Shown in pieces: positions 10,347 to 22,774 of a stretch of 32,349 nucleotides of DNA (position 1 is the first letter of the stretch; each line of letters starts with the position of its first letter). Under the pieces are notes generated by a model that worked only from the letters and a program-made list of their open reading frames with translations, was not told the DNA's origin and made no database searches. The stretch covers positions 18,526,999 to 18,559,347 of the forward strand of contig NC_057751.1 of assembly GCF_004010195.1 (NCBI RefSeq). The letters run 5' to 3'. Source of the stretch: Chiloscyllium plagiosum. Taxonomy: Eukaryota. The translations under genes were made by a program, and so were the position numbers.

Positions 10347-12409
10347 ACATATGATATTTTATTTCATCATATTCGGATCACTGTACATTGTAAGGTTGTT
10401 TATTGAAGATTACATTTAGGTGCTGAGTCAGCCAAAACATTGGTTGATTACTGAAGAATCTAAATTATTTTGGGATGGGAGTGAAGAAGTATTCAAATTA
10501 CTTGCTGCTGTCCACTAGCATGTGGAAGTTGATAAAATGTTTGTACTGACGGTAAGGCTAAGCTGAACATGGTCACATTACATTGCCACCACATGTTGCA
10601 TCAATAGTGCCGTGTGGCCATGTCTGGCTTAGCTGTATTTTACATGACAGGAGTTAAACCATTAATAACAATCATTGATACAATAACATTCTGTTTATTC
10701 AATTCCACAATGAAAGAAAATGATTTGTTGGAGTGTTGGGTGGAAGCTTTCATTTGGCAGCAGATAAGACTTTGGAGGATTCAGAGAACATGCACTATTG
10801 CCATAAAGCCAGAGGTTATTATAATACTCAAGCCTGACCTTTCTGGGATACTAGTCTTCTTTCATGCCTCTCTTGGAGTCCTTTATTCTGCCCTTGAAGT
10901 TTAGTCTTTACTTCCCTAGAGGATCTCTAAAATTAGAACAACAGTTAGTATGGGTTACTAAATGAAGGTGAACAACATTCCACAGTGCCTTTCTGTGTGT
11001 CAAAGCATCTCTGATTACAGAATGTAACAATTTGTGAACAACTGAATGAAATAGAATTTCGGACCCCAGAAGTAAGCAGGACCAAGAATCATCGTGTGAT
11101 ACGCTTATATAGCATTTTTATATCTATTCTGCCCAATAGTGCAGTCGTCAAAGTGGATTGGTCACACAATGGACTGCAGCTGGGAAATTGTCTCAGTTTA
11201 TTCAATTTTCTGGCACTCCATTGGTGACAAACAGATGTCCTTTTTTTAATGACAAAACAAAACAGCACAGCAACAACGTTGTTTCAATGAAATGTAATAC
11301 AGCCATGTTTTCTCCAAAAGTATGTGGTACATAGCAACTTCAATCTAATACTTGCACATTAATAAGAATGGACATAAAGCTGGAAATATTGACAGTATTT
11401 CATATCTGTGTCTGATTAGATTCTGATAAACTATTTTCAAATCAGGAAATCATAACGCTTCCACAGTTATTTTCCACTGATTGTTGTGGTTCTCTGTGAT
11501 GTGGGTCCTCCTGGTGAGTTCGTTTGATGAGAATTGTGCATCAACCAGTATTAAGACAATATATAAAAAATGAAAATGAGAATATTAATGGGAATAAATA
11601 TGACTTTTAACGAATGTTCGGGTTTAGTGCTTGTAATATAATTTCTGGATTATTAATGGAATTGATGAACATTTTATGGAATCAACAGAGCAGAACACAG
11701 AACATTAATATAATATTTTAATGTAACGTACGCATCTCTGCCATTCCTATTTGTTCCAAGCTGTAATGCATATTTCATATTCATAAACTCCAGTCGTGGT
11801 CTTTCTCATTTGTTGAAGTTTCATGCCCAACATGAGAGCTGTACTTAACATTCTCTCAGCGAAATTCAAGAGCAATGCAAGTTTGTCCGTGTGTGTCGAA
11901 CATGTAAATGAGCTATGTTTTCTGCAACATATTGAGTCGATTCTGCCCGCCACCTTCGTACTTCATGTCACTAACACTACATTTGAGAGTTCACAAGTTA
12001 AATTTTCAGAATTGTTAGCTTTTCACTTTATTTAATGTGATAATGGCAAACATGTTGACTCTGCCCTGGTCTTCAAACTTTGTCAGAACCTTTTTTTTTG
12101 GGTAATACGATCTCTGACCTGTGAATACCATCGCATGTTAACTGTAAATTGTGACATACTCAGGCTTGATTTACTGGAATTGACAGATAGATTGATAAAC
12201 TGAACCTCAACCAGCTGCACTTGTTTTTTTTTTACAGTTTTGTTTCATTGCTGAAAAACATGCTTCGCTCATAGACATGAACATTTTTAACATATATTCA
12301 CAACTAGGAGTCGTTGTAAAACTGGGCTCAATCAAATTCTAACATTTTTTCATTTCCTGCTGAATTTGGTTCCAGCAGTTTTAAGTGAATCGGCTAAGAT
12401 TCGGCTAAC

Positions 12410-13330
12410 ATTGTTGTCTGCAGGAGCTCGTCAGGGTATGTCCTAGAGCATAACATCTCTAGTTAGCTCATCACTGTCCTTTCTTCCAGCATCATTTTCA
12501 AAGTGATATTTCCTAGCGATTGTGCATAGATAATGAAGATGTCTCTATCCATATACAGTAACATAACATCTATTTGGGCTGAATGTAACATTCACATGTG
12601 ACAGAGTCACACATTGACCAGCTTCAAATTGTTAGAATCTACCAGTTTGCTATTGGCTTGCTATGACATTGCCATCACTGAGTGCCTGACCATCCATACT
12701 CTGAGCCAATCATTGAAAGGAAAATAAACTGATTCAGCCGTATCTGTGCTGTGCACACAGGAGTGCATCAGACACTAATTTTCAGTGGCAAGGAACCTCT
12801 GCCTGCTGATAAATTCATTTCCACTACCAGGAAAGCATAACTCAAGAACTGAATGCTGTTCATTTTCCTGGATGATTGCAGCTCCAACAACAGTCAAGAA
12901 GCTGGACGTTCTACAAGGCAAGTTGTCAATTGACTATGGTGCCACCCACTACAGTCGGTACTCACACATTTCACCAACAGCACTAACGACTATCAATTAA
13001 TAGCAACTATAAGATGCAAAGCAGTAACACACCAAGTCCCTTCTGACATCACCTTGGACAACCATGACCTCCAGCACATAAAAGAATAAAAATAACAGAT
13101 GCATAGAAACAACATCACATACAAGCTCCCATTCAAACCAGATTTCATTCTGACTTGGATTTATATCATTGTTTCATCACTGCTGCTGAGCAGAAATTCC
13201 AAAAACGGTTTTCTGCATCCCAGTTAATGCAAGTGGTCAGAAAGTCAGATGTCCATTGCCATCACGTAGGTGTTTAGAACTGAGCAGCGATCACTGGCCT
13301 AACATCAAAGCTCACTTTCCAAGAACAAGA
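12410..13330 (+). mobile_element. Highly decayed L2/CR1-group LINE 3' fragment in the GPCR intron
   Basis: Patchy similarity to 21343-22035 and to the reverse complement of 23790-24385 (gcagctccaacaacagtcaagaagctggac, ctataagatgca, tgacttgga). A degraded GVPQGSVLG-like motif lies near 12423-12450. Confidence 0.6.
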
Positions 13331-14067
13331 TTTAAAATGTTCACTATTTGCAAATAAGACAGAGGATATTTCTGAATCTGAGCGTGATTTAACGTCCATG
13401 TGTAGTGCTGAGGTCTTCCCAAATTCAAGGCGTCAGCTATCCCAGAGAATAGTCTGTGTCATGAGTTATTTTGCATGATGCACTGAATTTCCGAACTCTT
13501 GCTGGTCTGAAAGCCAGGATACGCATCCTTTCATTCTGCGTTGTCAGTGCTGCTGTGTGTACTTGGTTTTCCATACTCGAATAGTCAATTTGACTGGAAA
13601 ATCTTATGACTTTGAAAGCAAGCCCATTTTGTGAATCTCATATCAGTGTCTACAATTGTTGTGGCACTCTAAGCTGTGAAGGCTAGGCAACAGAAAACGG
13701 AAATTTTGTAAACCATATCTGTGTTAGGTGCTTCCTATTCTTTGTTTTGCCAATTCATTTTGCCTCGAATGTTGTCATCTGAAGGGCAATTCAAGCCAGT
13801 CAAAACAAACTATAAAACAGAGAAACTCAGCTGTTGCATACACCAGAAGTAACCCACTACTCATGTTGTACACGATATCTGTAATTTAAAAGAATACAAT
13901 GGATTCCTTCTGTGAAGGTTTTCTGCTGTGTTTCAATTTTTTAAAAAAATTTATGTGACACTGAACAACAATGTTTATGCTAAAATCCATCACTTACAGT
14001 CTGGTTCAGGTACAGAGAATACATTATCTGTAACTTCAAGTCTATCTTACTTTTCTATCTCTTACAG

Positions 14068-14954
14068 TTAATCTAGTGGCGATTGTATTTTTGTCTGGGG
14101 GTAAGTGTGGGCTTTCTACCTGCACCACTCGATATTTGGTGGCTATGGCAGCATCAGATCTTCTGTTCATTGTCTTCGACGTCATACTTGGTCAGTTCAG
14201 TTACTATTATTATCCACGGTGTTTCCTTGACATCACTCCTGTTTGTACTATTATTTATGCCCTGAATCGTTCATCTATTGACTGTTCTGTCTGGTTAACT
14301 GTCGCTTTCTCTTTTGATCGTTTTGTTGCCATTTGCATTCATCAAATGAAAACTAATTATTGCACTGAGAAAACGGCGATGAAAGTAGTAACAACAATAT
14401 GCATTTTCTTCGTTTTAAAGAATATTCCTATTTACTTTCGATTTGAGCCTAAAATGTTTATCAACAATGTTCCATGGTACTGTTCTAACAGGGAAAGTTA
14501 TCATTATCACCCTCAATGGGTTAGTTTTCGATATTTTGAAAAATTTCTAACACCAATTTTGCCATTTGCTTTCATTCTCTTGCTCAATGCTCTGACAGTG
14601 AGACACATCTTTGAGGCAATAAAGGTGCGTCAGGGAGTCAGGGATCAGAGAAAAACAGAGAATGATCCAGAGATAGAGAGCAGAAAGAACTCTGTGATTT
14701 TATTGTTTGCCATATCAGGCAGCTTCCTACTTCTCTGGTTGATGTATATTTTGTATTTCTTTGATGTCTCTTATCACTTGGATTATGCTGCTTATGATCT
14801 CTTTGAACAAGTCGCATATATGCTACGAAACTTAAGTTGTTGCACAAATGCATTTATTTATGTGGTGACACAAAATAATTTCAGACACCAGATAAAGAAT
14901 GCTGCAAAATATCCATTTGTAAAAATGTATCAGTTGGTGTTTAAATCCAAGTGA
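14068..14954 (+). CDS. Coding exon 2 of an orphan rhodopsin-like GPCR (GPR139/GPR142-like family expanded in cartilaginous fish); spliced product 311 aa
   Basis: Acceptor ttttctatctcttacAG ends at 14067, followed by an uninterrupted frame to TGA at 14952-14954. Motifs: YLVAMAASDLL (TM2), TPVC and ECL2 WYC cysteines, SVWLTVAFSFDRFVAIC (TM3, DRF), PFAFILLLN (TM5), SGSFLLLW (TM6), SCCTNAFIY plus helix 8 FR (TM7). 49+887=936 nt. Confidence 0.92.
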
Positions 14955-15743
14955 CTGAGAGTCAACATTTGATGCAGCTTATAATGGAACGAGGTGTCCA
15001 GGTGAGGAACTGAACGAACAGAAAAGGAGAACACGCAATTTGTCAGTATTTGTCTTCAGTTGGGCGAAGAATGAATCTGAGAAGAAAGAAACGAGAGAAT
15101 TAAATGAAGTATAAAGCTACTACATGAAGAACAGTTAGTAAAAAGGTGAACAGCAGCAAGTATAACTGAATGTGGTATCAGATATTTCAATAATAGAATT
15201 CTTGCCATGCAATCAGTTGTCAGAGAATGAACAAGATACAGAAAAAAAACTGACCCAAAGCAAAGTATCATTGTTCACTGCAGGCAAGAGTTGAACAGGC
15301 AAATCCAGGATTATCTTCACTCATTCTTGCTGAATTGTCTGATCCAAACATCTATACGAACACAAAAAGAAAGCAGAACACACATCTGTTATAAAAATGT
15401 TAAAAATGCATGTGCAGAGACTGCAACCATTCCGGTGATTGACAACGTATTTTCAGTAATAATTTACTTTGTATGTTTGCACTCGATTCACGCTGGCTCT
15501 GGATGAAATCAGAAGGACATTCACACCATCACAAAGACGTATTGTTTGAATCGTCAAACCAGCTCCTGACATCGTTTTTGCCTCATAATCGATTATTCAG
15601 TAATTAATTCCAGCTGTCCGAAATCCACTGCATGTATCACAACATTCCTGCAACTTATTGATACAGGCATGGAGCACTACTCTGTCTTTTGGTCCTTCTC
15701 GAGTAGAATCTTCTGCAGCTGCACTCTGATATCATTGCCCCAG

Positions 15744-16398
15744 TGTGACATTGCTGCTTCGTTAAAAAGGTTATGTTGTCCTTAGTTTTTTTTTCAAAGA
15801 GTGATTTTAAAAGACATGGGTTTCGATTTGACTGAGTACGGGACATAACAGATCCTGCCAAAGGAAACAATAGGAAAATGGTTTTTAGCTGTTTTTTTCA
15901 AACTCTTATACAATGAAAGGGAAGTGAACAGTTCTCTTAGTTCAGGGATTTTTCCAAATGGTTTTTGATTTTAGCTGGGCATCCAGAGGAGCTACAACAG
16001 CAGGAAGAGTGTCCATCCTTCAGCAAATGGAACATAGCTGATCCTCTCTCTCGCTGACATCTACCCTGTCAGAAACTGTGCCTGAATTTAACGTGTTTTC
16101 ACCAAGGAGCATGTTTATGGGAATGTCGCAGGAAATTGGAACAGCTCCTTTGTTAAGTTACGGGGGATGTCATGTCGTTTGGGTTTTCAAATTGCTGTTA
16201 TTCTAAATTATGTTTTCTTTTGTTTGAGTTTTCTTCGGTGGTATGTAAATAAGTTTGGCGACATTAAGTGCCAAGTGTTTTGGCCTACTGTATCAATCTT
16301 GGGATAGCAACCTTACATCTGCCTAAAACAACGGGAAAATCTAGGGTCAGAGCTAACTTCTTAAAATGTCTTGAGGATGTCTGGCCTTTTCTGTAACA
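15744..16398 (+). mobile_element. Solo LTR related to the Gmr1-like element LTRs
   Basis: Termini TGTGACA...TGTAACA with a 4-bp TSD CCAG at 15740-15743 and 16399-16402. Inverted homology to 737-1382 and 7786-8391. Confidence 0.85.
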
Positions 16399-16486
16399 CC
16401 AGGCAGCAGGGATGTGGACATGGCATCCTGAAGACATGTTTATCAACTTGGAAATGCCAGCCCCGTTACTCTACAGGAAGCCTCCT

Positions 16487-16830
16487 TTCCTGATGAACGG
16501 CTTTTGCTCGAAACATCGATCTTCCTGCTCCTCGGATGCTGCCTGGCCTGTTATGCTTTTCCAGCACCACTCTGATCTAAACTCTGGTTTCCAGCGTATG
16601 CAATCCTCACTTTTGCCAATTGATTTTAATCTTACTGCGAATCCTCTACCTTGAAGAAGTTCTCCTCCTCTCTCCACAAGAATCTCAGTGAGTCTCTCTC
16701 TCACTGCAATCCCCAGGTCATCTCCTTATTCAAAAATCCCTGAAGGGCTTTTGCCCAAAACGGCGATTTTCCTGCTCCTCGGATACTGCCTGACCTGCTG
16801 TGCTTTTCCAGCACCACTCTGATCTAAACT
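16487..16830 (+). mobile_element. Penelope-like partial tandem: terminus - short internal segment - terminus, two decayed hammerheads
   Basis: Direct repeats 16489-16583 and 16738-16830 (cctgctcctcggat.ctgcctg.cctg...cttttccagcaccactctgatctaaact). Cores CTGATGA...GAAACATC and CTGAAGGGC...CAAAACGGC. Confidence 0.8.
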
Positions 16831-16889
16831 CAAGAATCCTTCATGAGTTCAGCATGTCTACTGTTCTTCTTAAATTAGAAAAAAATTGA

Positions 16890-17056
16890 AAGAACTGCAG
16901 ATTTCAGAAATCAAAAACAAAAGAAAAGCCAAAATTACTGAGCCTGTGACACAACATAGTTCTGAAGAAGGGCCATGATGTGAATCATTATCTCTGCGTT
17001 CTCTCCACAGATGCAGCCAGACGTGCTGATTTTTTCGAGTAATTTCTGATTTTTGC
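16890..17056. mobile_element. Second Penelope-like terminus family, decayed, with inverted 5' segment
   Basis: ctgaagaagggcc...ctctccacagatgcagccagacgtgctga...gtaatttctgatttttg, preceded by an inverted copy of its tail (ctgcagatttcagaaatcaaaaac...aaattact). Confidence 0.55.
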
Positions 17057-17819
17057 CTCCTCCCACATTCCTCTCCAGCTGTGATACACATAGACTCCTC
17101 TGATGAATCATCTGCATCACAATTCTACAAACCAACACCATCTCAAAGGACTCCTGAACAGCTTGGCTTTCACATGTTCCTTATTTGCCTGCACACTGAC
17201 TGTGGATTCACTTTTCCCAAAATGTGAGATGTACTAGTTCCAGGCTTTCTAGATGGCCCATAGTTACTCCAATTATGAAAACTGGAGCCCCAGTGCATGC
17301 AGGCGGTGACGTTTCATGCAGATAGGTTTTGCGCGAACACCTTGCCCATTTCAGTAACTTGCATTTCACAGACTGACCTTTTCTTTTTGATTTGAAAGTT
17401 ATTGAACAGCTCATCAGTTGCTCCAAAAAATTTCCTTCCATTGCTCCAGAATAAAAATATTTCATTCCCTCTTTCACACAAACTACGATTACTGAACCAT
17501 TCTCTGAGAGATAATTGCTTGAAGCTATGTGAATACCTTGTTGCATTTGTGCTGTACTAATTTCATTGCACAAAATGCAGGTTAAATGCACTTGACAAGC
17601 TTTGCTACCTGCCATTTCGAACTTGCAGAGGGAAATAGATAGACAACATTCTGATACTAAATCTGCACGCAGCCTGCCGTGGGAATGTTGAATACTTCAA
17701 ATAAAAACTTGCACTTTATACAATTTGTACTGTGCCTGTCTTGGGAAAGTCTGATCGTGAAAGTGCGGGTGGAGTTTTATTCTGTAGTCAAAAAATGTTG
17801 TACTTTGCAGGCAGTGCTA

Positions 17820-17894
17820 TGCCCGAAACGTCGATTCTCCGGATCCCTGGATGCTGCCTGACCTGCTGCACTGCTCCAGCAACACATTTTCAGC
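17820..17894 (+). mobile_element. 5'-truncated Penelope-like terminus fragment
   Basis: tgcccgaaacgtcgattctcc...ccctggatgctgcctgacctgctgc...ccagcaacacattttcagc is near-identical to 6790-6864. Confidence 0.8.
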
Positions 17895-18699
17895 TTATTA
17901 TCTAAGGAAATCTAACATGCTCACTCTATTCTTGGCCCCTGCATGATCCACCAGCGTGAATTTTCCAGCAGGACATAGCTTCTCTAACTTTCTAGGACAC
18001 AGTGCAGTAATAATATTCTGTGATCAGTCTAGCTATCTTACAATTCTTGGGTAAGTTACCTTTTATTAGTGTTGATTAACTGACCATTTCTTTGCCATGG
18101 GATAACCACACATGTCTTAGGATAATTATTGCCACCATGCCCCCCTCATCTGACAGAAAAATCATTCTTGCTGAGAACAAATGCATCTTATTCTCGAAAA
18201 CAGAACACACTAATATTATTGGCAACAGATGGATTTGCAACCTGTTGTTATCCATATAATGTCATTAGGCCTGAGGCATCATGAGTACAAGTTGATTAAC
18301 GGGGAAAACTCATGTCTGTATTTCATTGAAAGCTAGAATACAAATAAACTTTTGTAAACCAACAGTTGGTGAGAACATTAAAAAATGTAAATACACGAGA
18401 AAGCATCACATTCAGAATGCAGGTTTTATGAGCAAACCCAGCATTTATTTGTCATTCCTCATGGTACTCAAGGTGGTATCACTAGGCTACATTATTTTTT
18501 ATTGTAATGCATGCCAGAAAAAATACTCCAAAGGTAGTACAGTTGTGAAGGAATTCTGAGCTAGCTATATGGAGGGGAGAGTTTGAACAGGAAGCAACAG
18601 GAAGCAAAATACTTACACATTTCCTGAGGTTATATCACAGAAATCTACTGAAAGGTTAAGCCAATCTTCCAATCAAGCTTGCTCCATCATTCTCTCTCT

Positions 18700-18830
18700 C
18701 ACAAGGTCAGAACTGGGGATTTTCACTGATGGTTGTACCACGTTCAGCACTATTCACAACTCCTTAAATACTTTATTCAAATATAGCAAGAACGGGATGA
18801 TATCCAAATAAAAAATGTGCTTGACAAGAG
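18700..18830 (+). mobile_element. L2/CR1-group LINE fragment, left part, interrupted by the CR1 insertion
   Basis: aggtcagaactggggattttcactgatggttgtacc encodes RSELGIFTDGCT, a degraded FADD region; the element continues at 21343. Confidence 0.55.
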
Positions 18831-21342
18831 CATAGAACATAGAACATTACAGCGCAGTGCTGGCCCTTCAGTACTCGATGTTGCACTGACCTGTGAAAAC
18901 AATCTGAAGCTGATCTATCCAACACTAATCCATTTTCATTTTGTATGCTTACCAAATGACCATTTAAATGCTACTAAAGTTGGCGAGTCTGCGACCGTTG
19001 CAGGCAGGGCTCTTACTACTGTCTGAGTGAAGAAACTACTTCTGACCTCTGTCCTATATCTATCACCCCTCAATATAAAGTTGTGTCCACTCGTGCTACC
19101 CATCACCATCCGAGGAACACGTCTCTCTCTGTCCACCCTGCCTAATCCTCAGATTATCTTCTCTGTCTCTATTAAGTCATCTCTCAATCTTTTTCTTCCC
19201 ATCGAAATCAGCCTCAAGTTCCTCAGCCTTTCTGTATCAGACATTCCCTCCATAACAAGTAACATCCTGGTAACTCTCCACTAGACCCTTTCCACATTCT
19301 TCCAATAATACGGTAACCACATTACTCCAAGTGCGGCAGTTTTGTACAGCTGCAAAATGACCTCATGGCTCCGAAACTCAACCATTCTACCAATAAAAGC
19401 TGACACACTGTGTATCTTCTTAACAACCCTATCCACCTGGGATCTATGTAAATGGACACTGACAGCTGTCTGCTTACCCACACTGCCAAGAATCTTATGA
19501 TTCACCCAATACTCTGTGTTCCTGTTACTCATTCCAAAGCAAATTACCTCAACCTTTTCTGCATTAAACTGAATTTCCCATTTCTCGGCCCAGCTCTGCA
19601 GCTTATGTGTGAACCTCTGTAACCTGCAACATCCTTCGGTGATGTCCACAACTCCACTGACCTCAGTGTCATGCACAAACTTCCTAACCAATCCCTCTAC
19701 GCCGTCATCCAGGATATTTATAAAAATGATATACAGCAACGCCTCCAAAACAGATTCCTGTGGGAAGTCACAAGCAACTGAACAGTGGAATGAGAAGTTT
19801 CCATCAACCATACCCTCCGTCTTCTTTCAGCTAGCTATTTTCTGATCAAAACCACTAAATCACCCTCAATCCCATACATCCACATTTTCTGCAATAGCCT
19901 ACCATGGGGAACCTTATCAAATGCTTTCTTGAAATCCATATACACTACATTAACCGGTTTACATGCATTCACCTGCTTGGTCGCCTTCTGAAAAACTTAA
20001 TAAGCTTTGTGAGGCACGACCTACACTTGACAAAACCGTGTTAACTATCCCTAATCAAATTATTCGTTTCCAGATTAATTATAAATCTTATCTCTTATAA
20101 TCCTTTCCCACACTTTACCCACAACTGAAGAAAGGTTCACTGGTCTATAATTACTAGGATTGTCCCCACGCCCCTTTATCATCAAGGGGATAACATTTGC
20201 TGTCCTCTAGTCTCCTGGCACTATTCCTATAGACAATTATGAAATAAAGATCAAAGTCAAAGATTCTGCAATTTTCTCTCTAGATTCCCAAAGAATCCAA
20301 AGATAAATAGCATCTGGCCCAAGGGACTTATCTATTTTTACACTCTCTAGAATTGCTAACACCTCCTCCTTATGACCCCCAATCCTATCCAGTCTAATGG
20401 CCTGTATCTCAGTATTATCCTCAACAATATTATAATTTTCCAGTGTGAACACTGACGAAAAATATTCATTCAGCGACTCTCCTATCTCCTCCCACTCCAC
20501 ACACCATTCCCCACTGTTGTGTTTGTCCCTATTCTTACTCTTGTTATTCTTTTATTCCTGACATACCTACAGAAAACTTCAGGGTTTTCTTTGATCCTGC
20601 CTGACGAAGACTTCTCCTGTCATCTCCTTGCTCTTCTCAACTCTGCAGTTAGATCCTTACTGGCTGATTATTGACACATGAGTGTCCTAACTGGGCCTTC
20701 ATGTCTCATCCTCACATAAGTCTCATTCTTTCTCTTGAGATTCAACTTCTTTAGTAAACCACATTTCCTTCACTTGACCATCTCCTCTCTGTCTGACAGG
20801 TTTATACTTATCAAGGACACTCAGTAACTGTTCCTTGAACAAGCTCCACATTTCAATTGTGCTAATCCACTGCAGCTTTCCCCATTCGATGCATCCTAAA
20901 TCTTGCCTAATCTTATCATAATTGTCTTTCCCCCAGCTTTAACTCCTGCTCTGTGGTACATACCTACTCTTTTCCATCGCTAAAATAAGTGTAATCAAAT
21001 TGTGGTAACAATCACCAAAGTGCTCACTTATGTCCAAACCTAACACCTCACCTGGTTCATTACCCACTGCCAAATCCAATGTGGTTTTGCCTCTTATTCA
21101 CCTATCGACAAACTGTGTCAGGAAACACTCCTGAACACATTGGACAAAAACTGACCCACCTAATGTACCACAAGCACAGCATTTCCAGTTAATATTTAGA
21201 AATTTAAAATCCTCCTTAAAAAAAAAATTACTGGCCAGTTTCGCTCCCATCCACAATCATCTTTGCAATCCTTTTCTCTACATCACTAGAAATTTTTGGA
21301 TGCCTTTAGAAATCTTCTAACAGGGTGATCTGTCCTTTCCTG
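18831..21342 (-). mobile_element. 5'-truncated CR1/HER1 LINE (ORF2 remnants plus 3' tail)
   Basis: (catagaa)n tail at 18831. ORF remnants 19281-19811 (FPQESVLEALL...KFVHDTEV) and 20237-20500 (KIDKSLGPDAIY) are homologous to the intact copy at 31278-32349. Confidence 0.92.
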
Positions 21343-22035
21343 GAAAAGTGCAAGGCAATGGACATCACCAACAAAAGAAAATCTGTCCTCTATCCATTGG
21401 CTTCGAATAGCAATAGCATCACCAAATCTTCATTGAAGTTCACAGTGCCAAAGTGCTGGGGATTATGATTGCCGAGCAACTGACCTGAATCAATCACGCA
21501 AGTGCCAGGGCGAGAAGCATAAGTCCGAGGCTGGGAGGTCTATGGAGAGCAACTCGCCATCTGACTCCGCAAGATCTGCCCATAATCTAAAAGGTTTGAG
21601 CCAGGTTTGAGGTGGATTATTTGCCAGTTGCCTCTATGAGCGCAGTTCCCCAACAGCCTAAATCCTTGACAGTACATTTGACAAAACCACTCACGCAATT
21701 GATATTACAGACGTCACCTTCAATATTCATGCCCTCCACTTTGATACTTAGGCAGCAGTGTGTTACATCTACAAGATAAACTGCAGCCTCAACAAGGCTC
21801 CCCAGATAGCACCATCTGAGCGCACAAAGCCTGCTACCCACAATCACAACAGCAGCAAAGAAAAGGGAGCACTGTCTTCAAGTTCGTTACCAAGAAACAT
21901 CGTATTCCCAGTTGGAACTGCACTGGCAAATATTTTGGGACAACTGTTCAGCAACATCTTCAAGGACTGTTATAGACTGAAAAGGAATGCTGGCCTAGTC
22001 AATAACACTAACATGCCAGAAATTAATACAAAATA
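21343..22035 (+). mobile_element. L2/CR1-group LINE 3' fragment, right part
   Basis: aagtgcaaggcaatgg...aggctgggaggtctatggagagcaactcgccatctgactccgcaa...atctacaagat; A-rich end. Homologous to the reverse complement of 23790-24385. Confidence 0.65.
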
Positions 22036-22774
22036 AAAAGGACGATTTGATTGTGATCTGTGAAGTTTTTCATTTCCTTCCCGTCATTATTGAGGAACCA
22101 TTTGTAGAAAACTAAGCTTGTCGAACTCAAGATTAACGCTGTTCATTGACCGACTCCCCACACTATCAAGTGAAGGAAATTTGAAAGAGCTGATGACATA
22201 CAATATAAATATTCTCCCAAAAATTTCTCTTAAATGGATGCAAGGTGGAAATCCACCAGGTCCAGATTACTTATGAGCATCTAATCACATTAGCTTTTCG
22301 AATACATTTTCCCTCTTGCTCTTCTTTGAAGTTCCCCGTTTCCTATTCAATTGCTATAGAGCACTTCTTATGATTAAGTAGGTAACTTGGTATAACGTTG
22401 CTTATTCCACACAAGTACTCAGATGGTGAGTCATTTCTATTTCAGTTCAGTGCTGTGTTACAATTTCATTGCTTCTACAATATTATTCTTAATAGGAAAA
22501 TCCATTAATTCAATCTAAGTCAGAATCTCTGAGGAGATGTTACTGTACAGTTTTATTTGAAAAAAAACTGATTCTATAACTTCTCTGAAAAGTGAGAAAA
22601 AAACCACGTTAGTGTACGGTTTCAAGCATTTGCTTTTTTTTCCAAAAGAGAAAATTGTATTTCCTTCAACAGTAACTGGTAATTTATGTGTTACTTTATA
22701 CATTTCATAATCATCCCACACTCAACATGGCATCGATGTACTTAAGGATTTCTTCTTGTCCTCGAGATTTGATT

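Noticed and set aside
14076..14078. GTG start of the 292-aa ORF
   Set aside because: Artefact of the ORF caller. It is an internal Val just after the splice acceptor at 14067, and TM1 is completed by the upstream exon.
15099..15104. ATTAAA as the GPCR polyadenylation signal
   Set aside because: Plausible, but the hexamer is common in AT-rich DNA and cannot be supported without transcript data.
17208..17615. 135-aa minus-strand ORF
   Set aside because: No recognisable motif or convincing splice context; its length is within chance expectation.
18011..18056. Possible first exon of another GPCR paralogue (YSVISLAILQFL G|GTAAGT)
   Set aside because: Good donor, but there is an in-frame TAA immediately upstream, no ATG, no GxP motif and no downstream exon 2 in the window.
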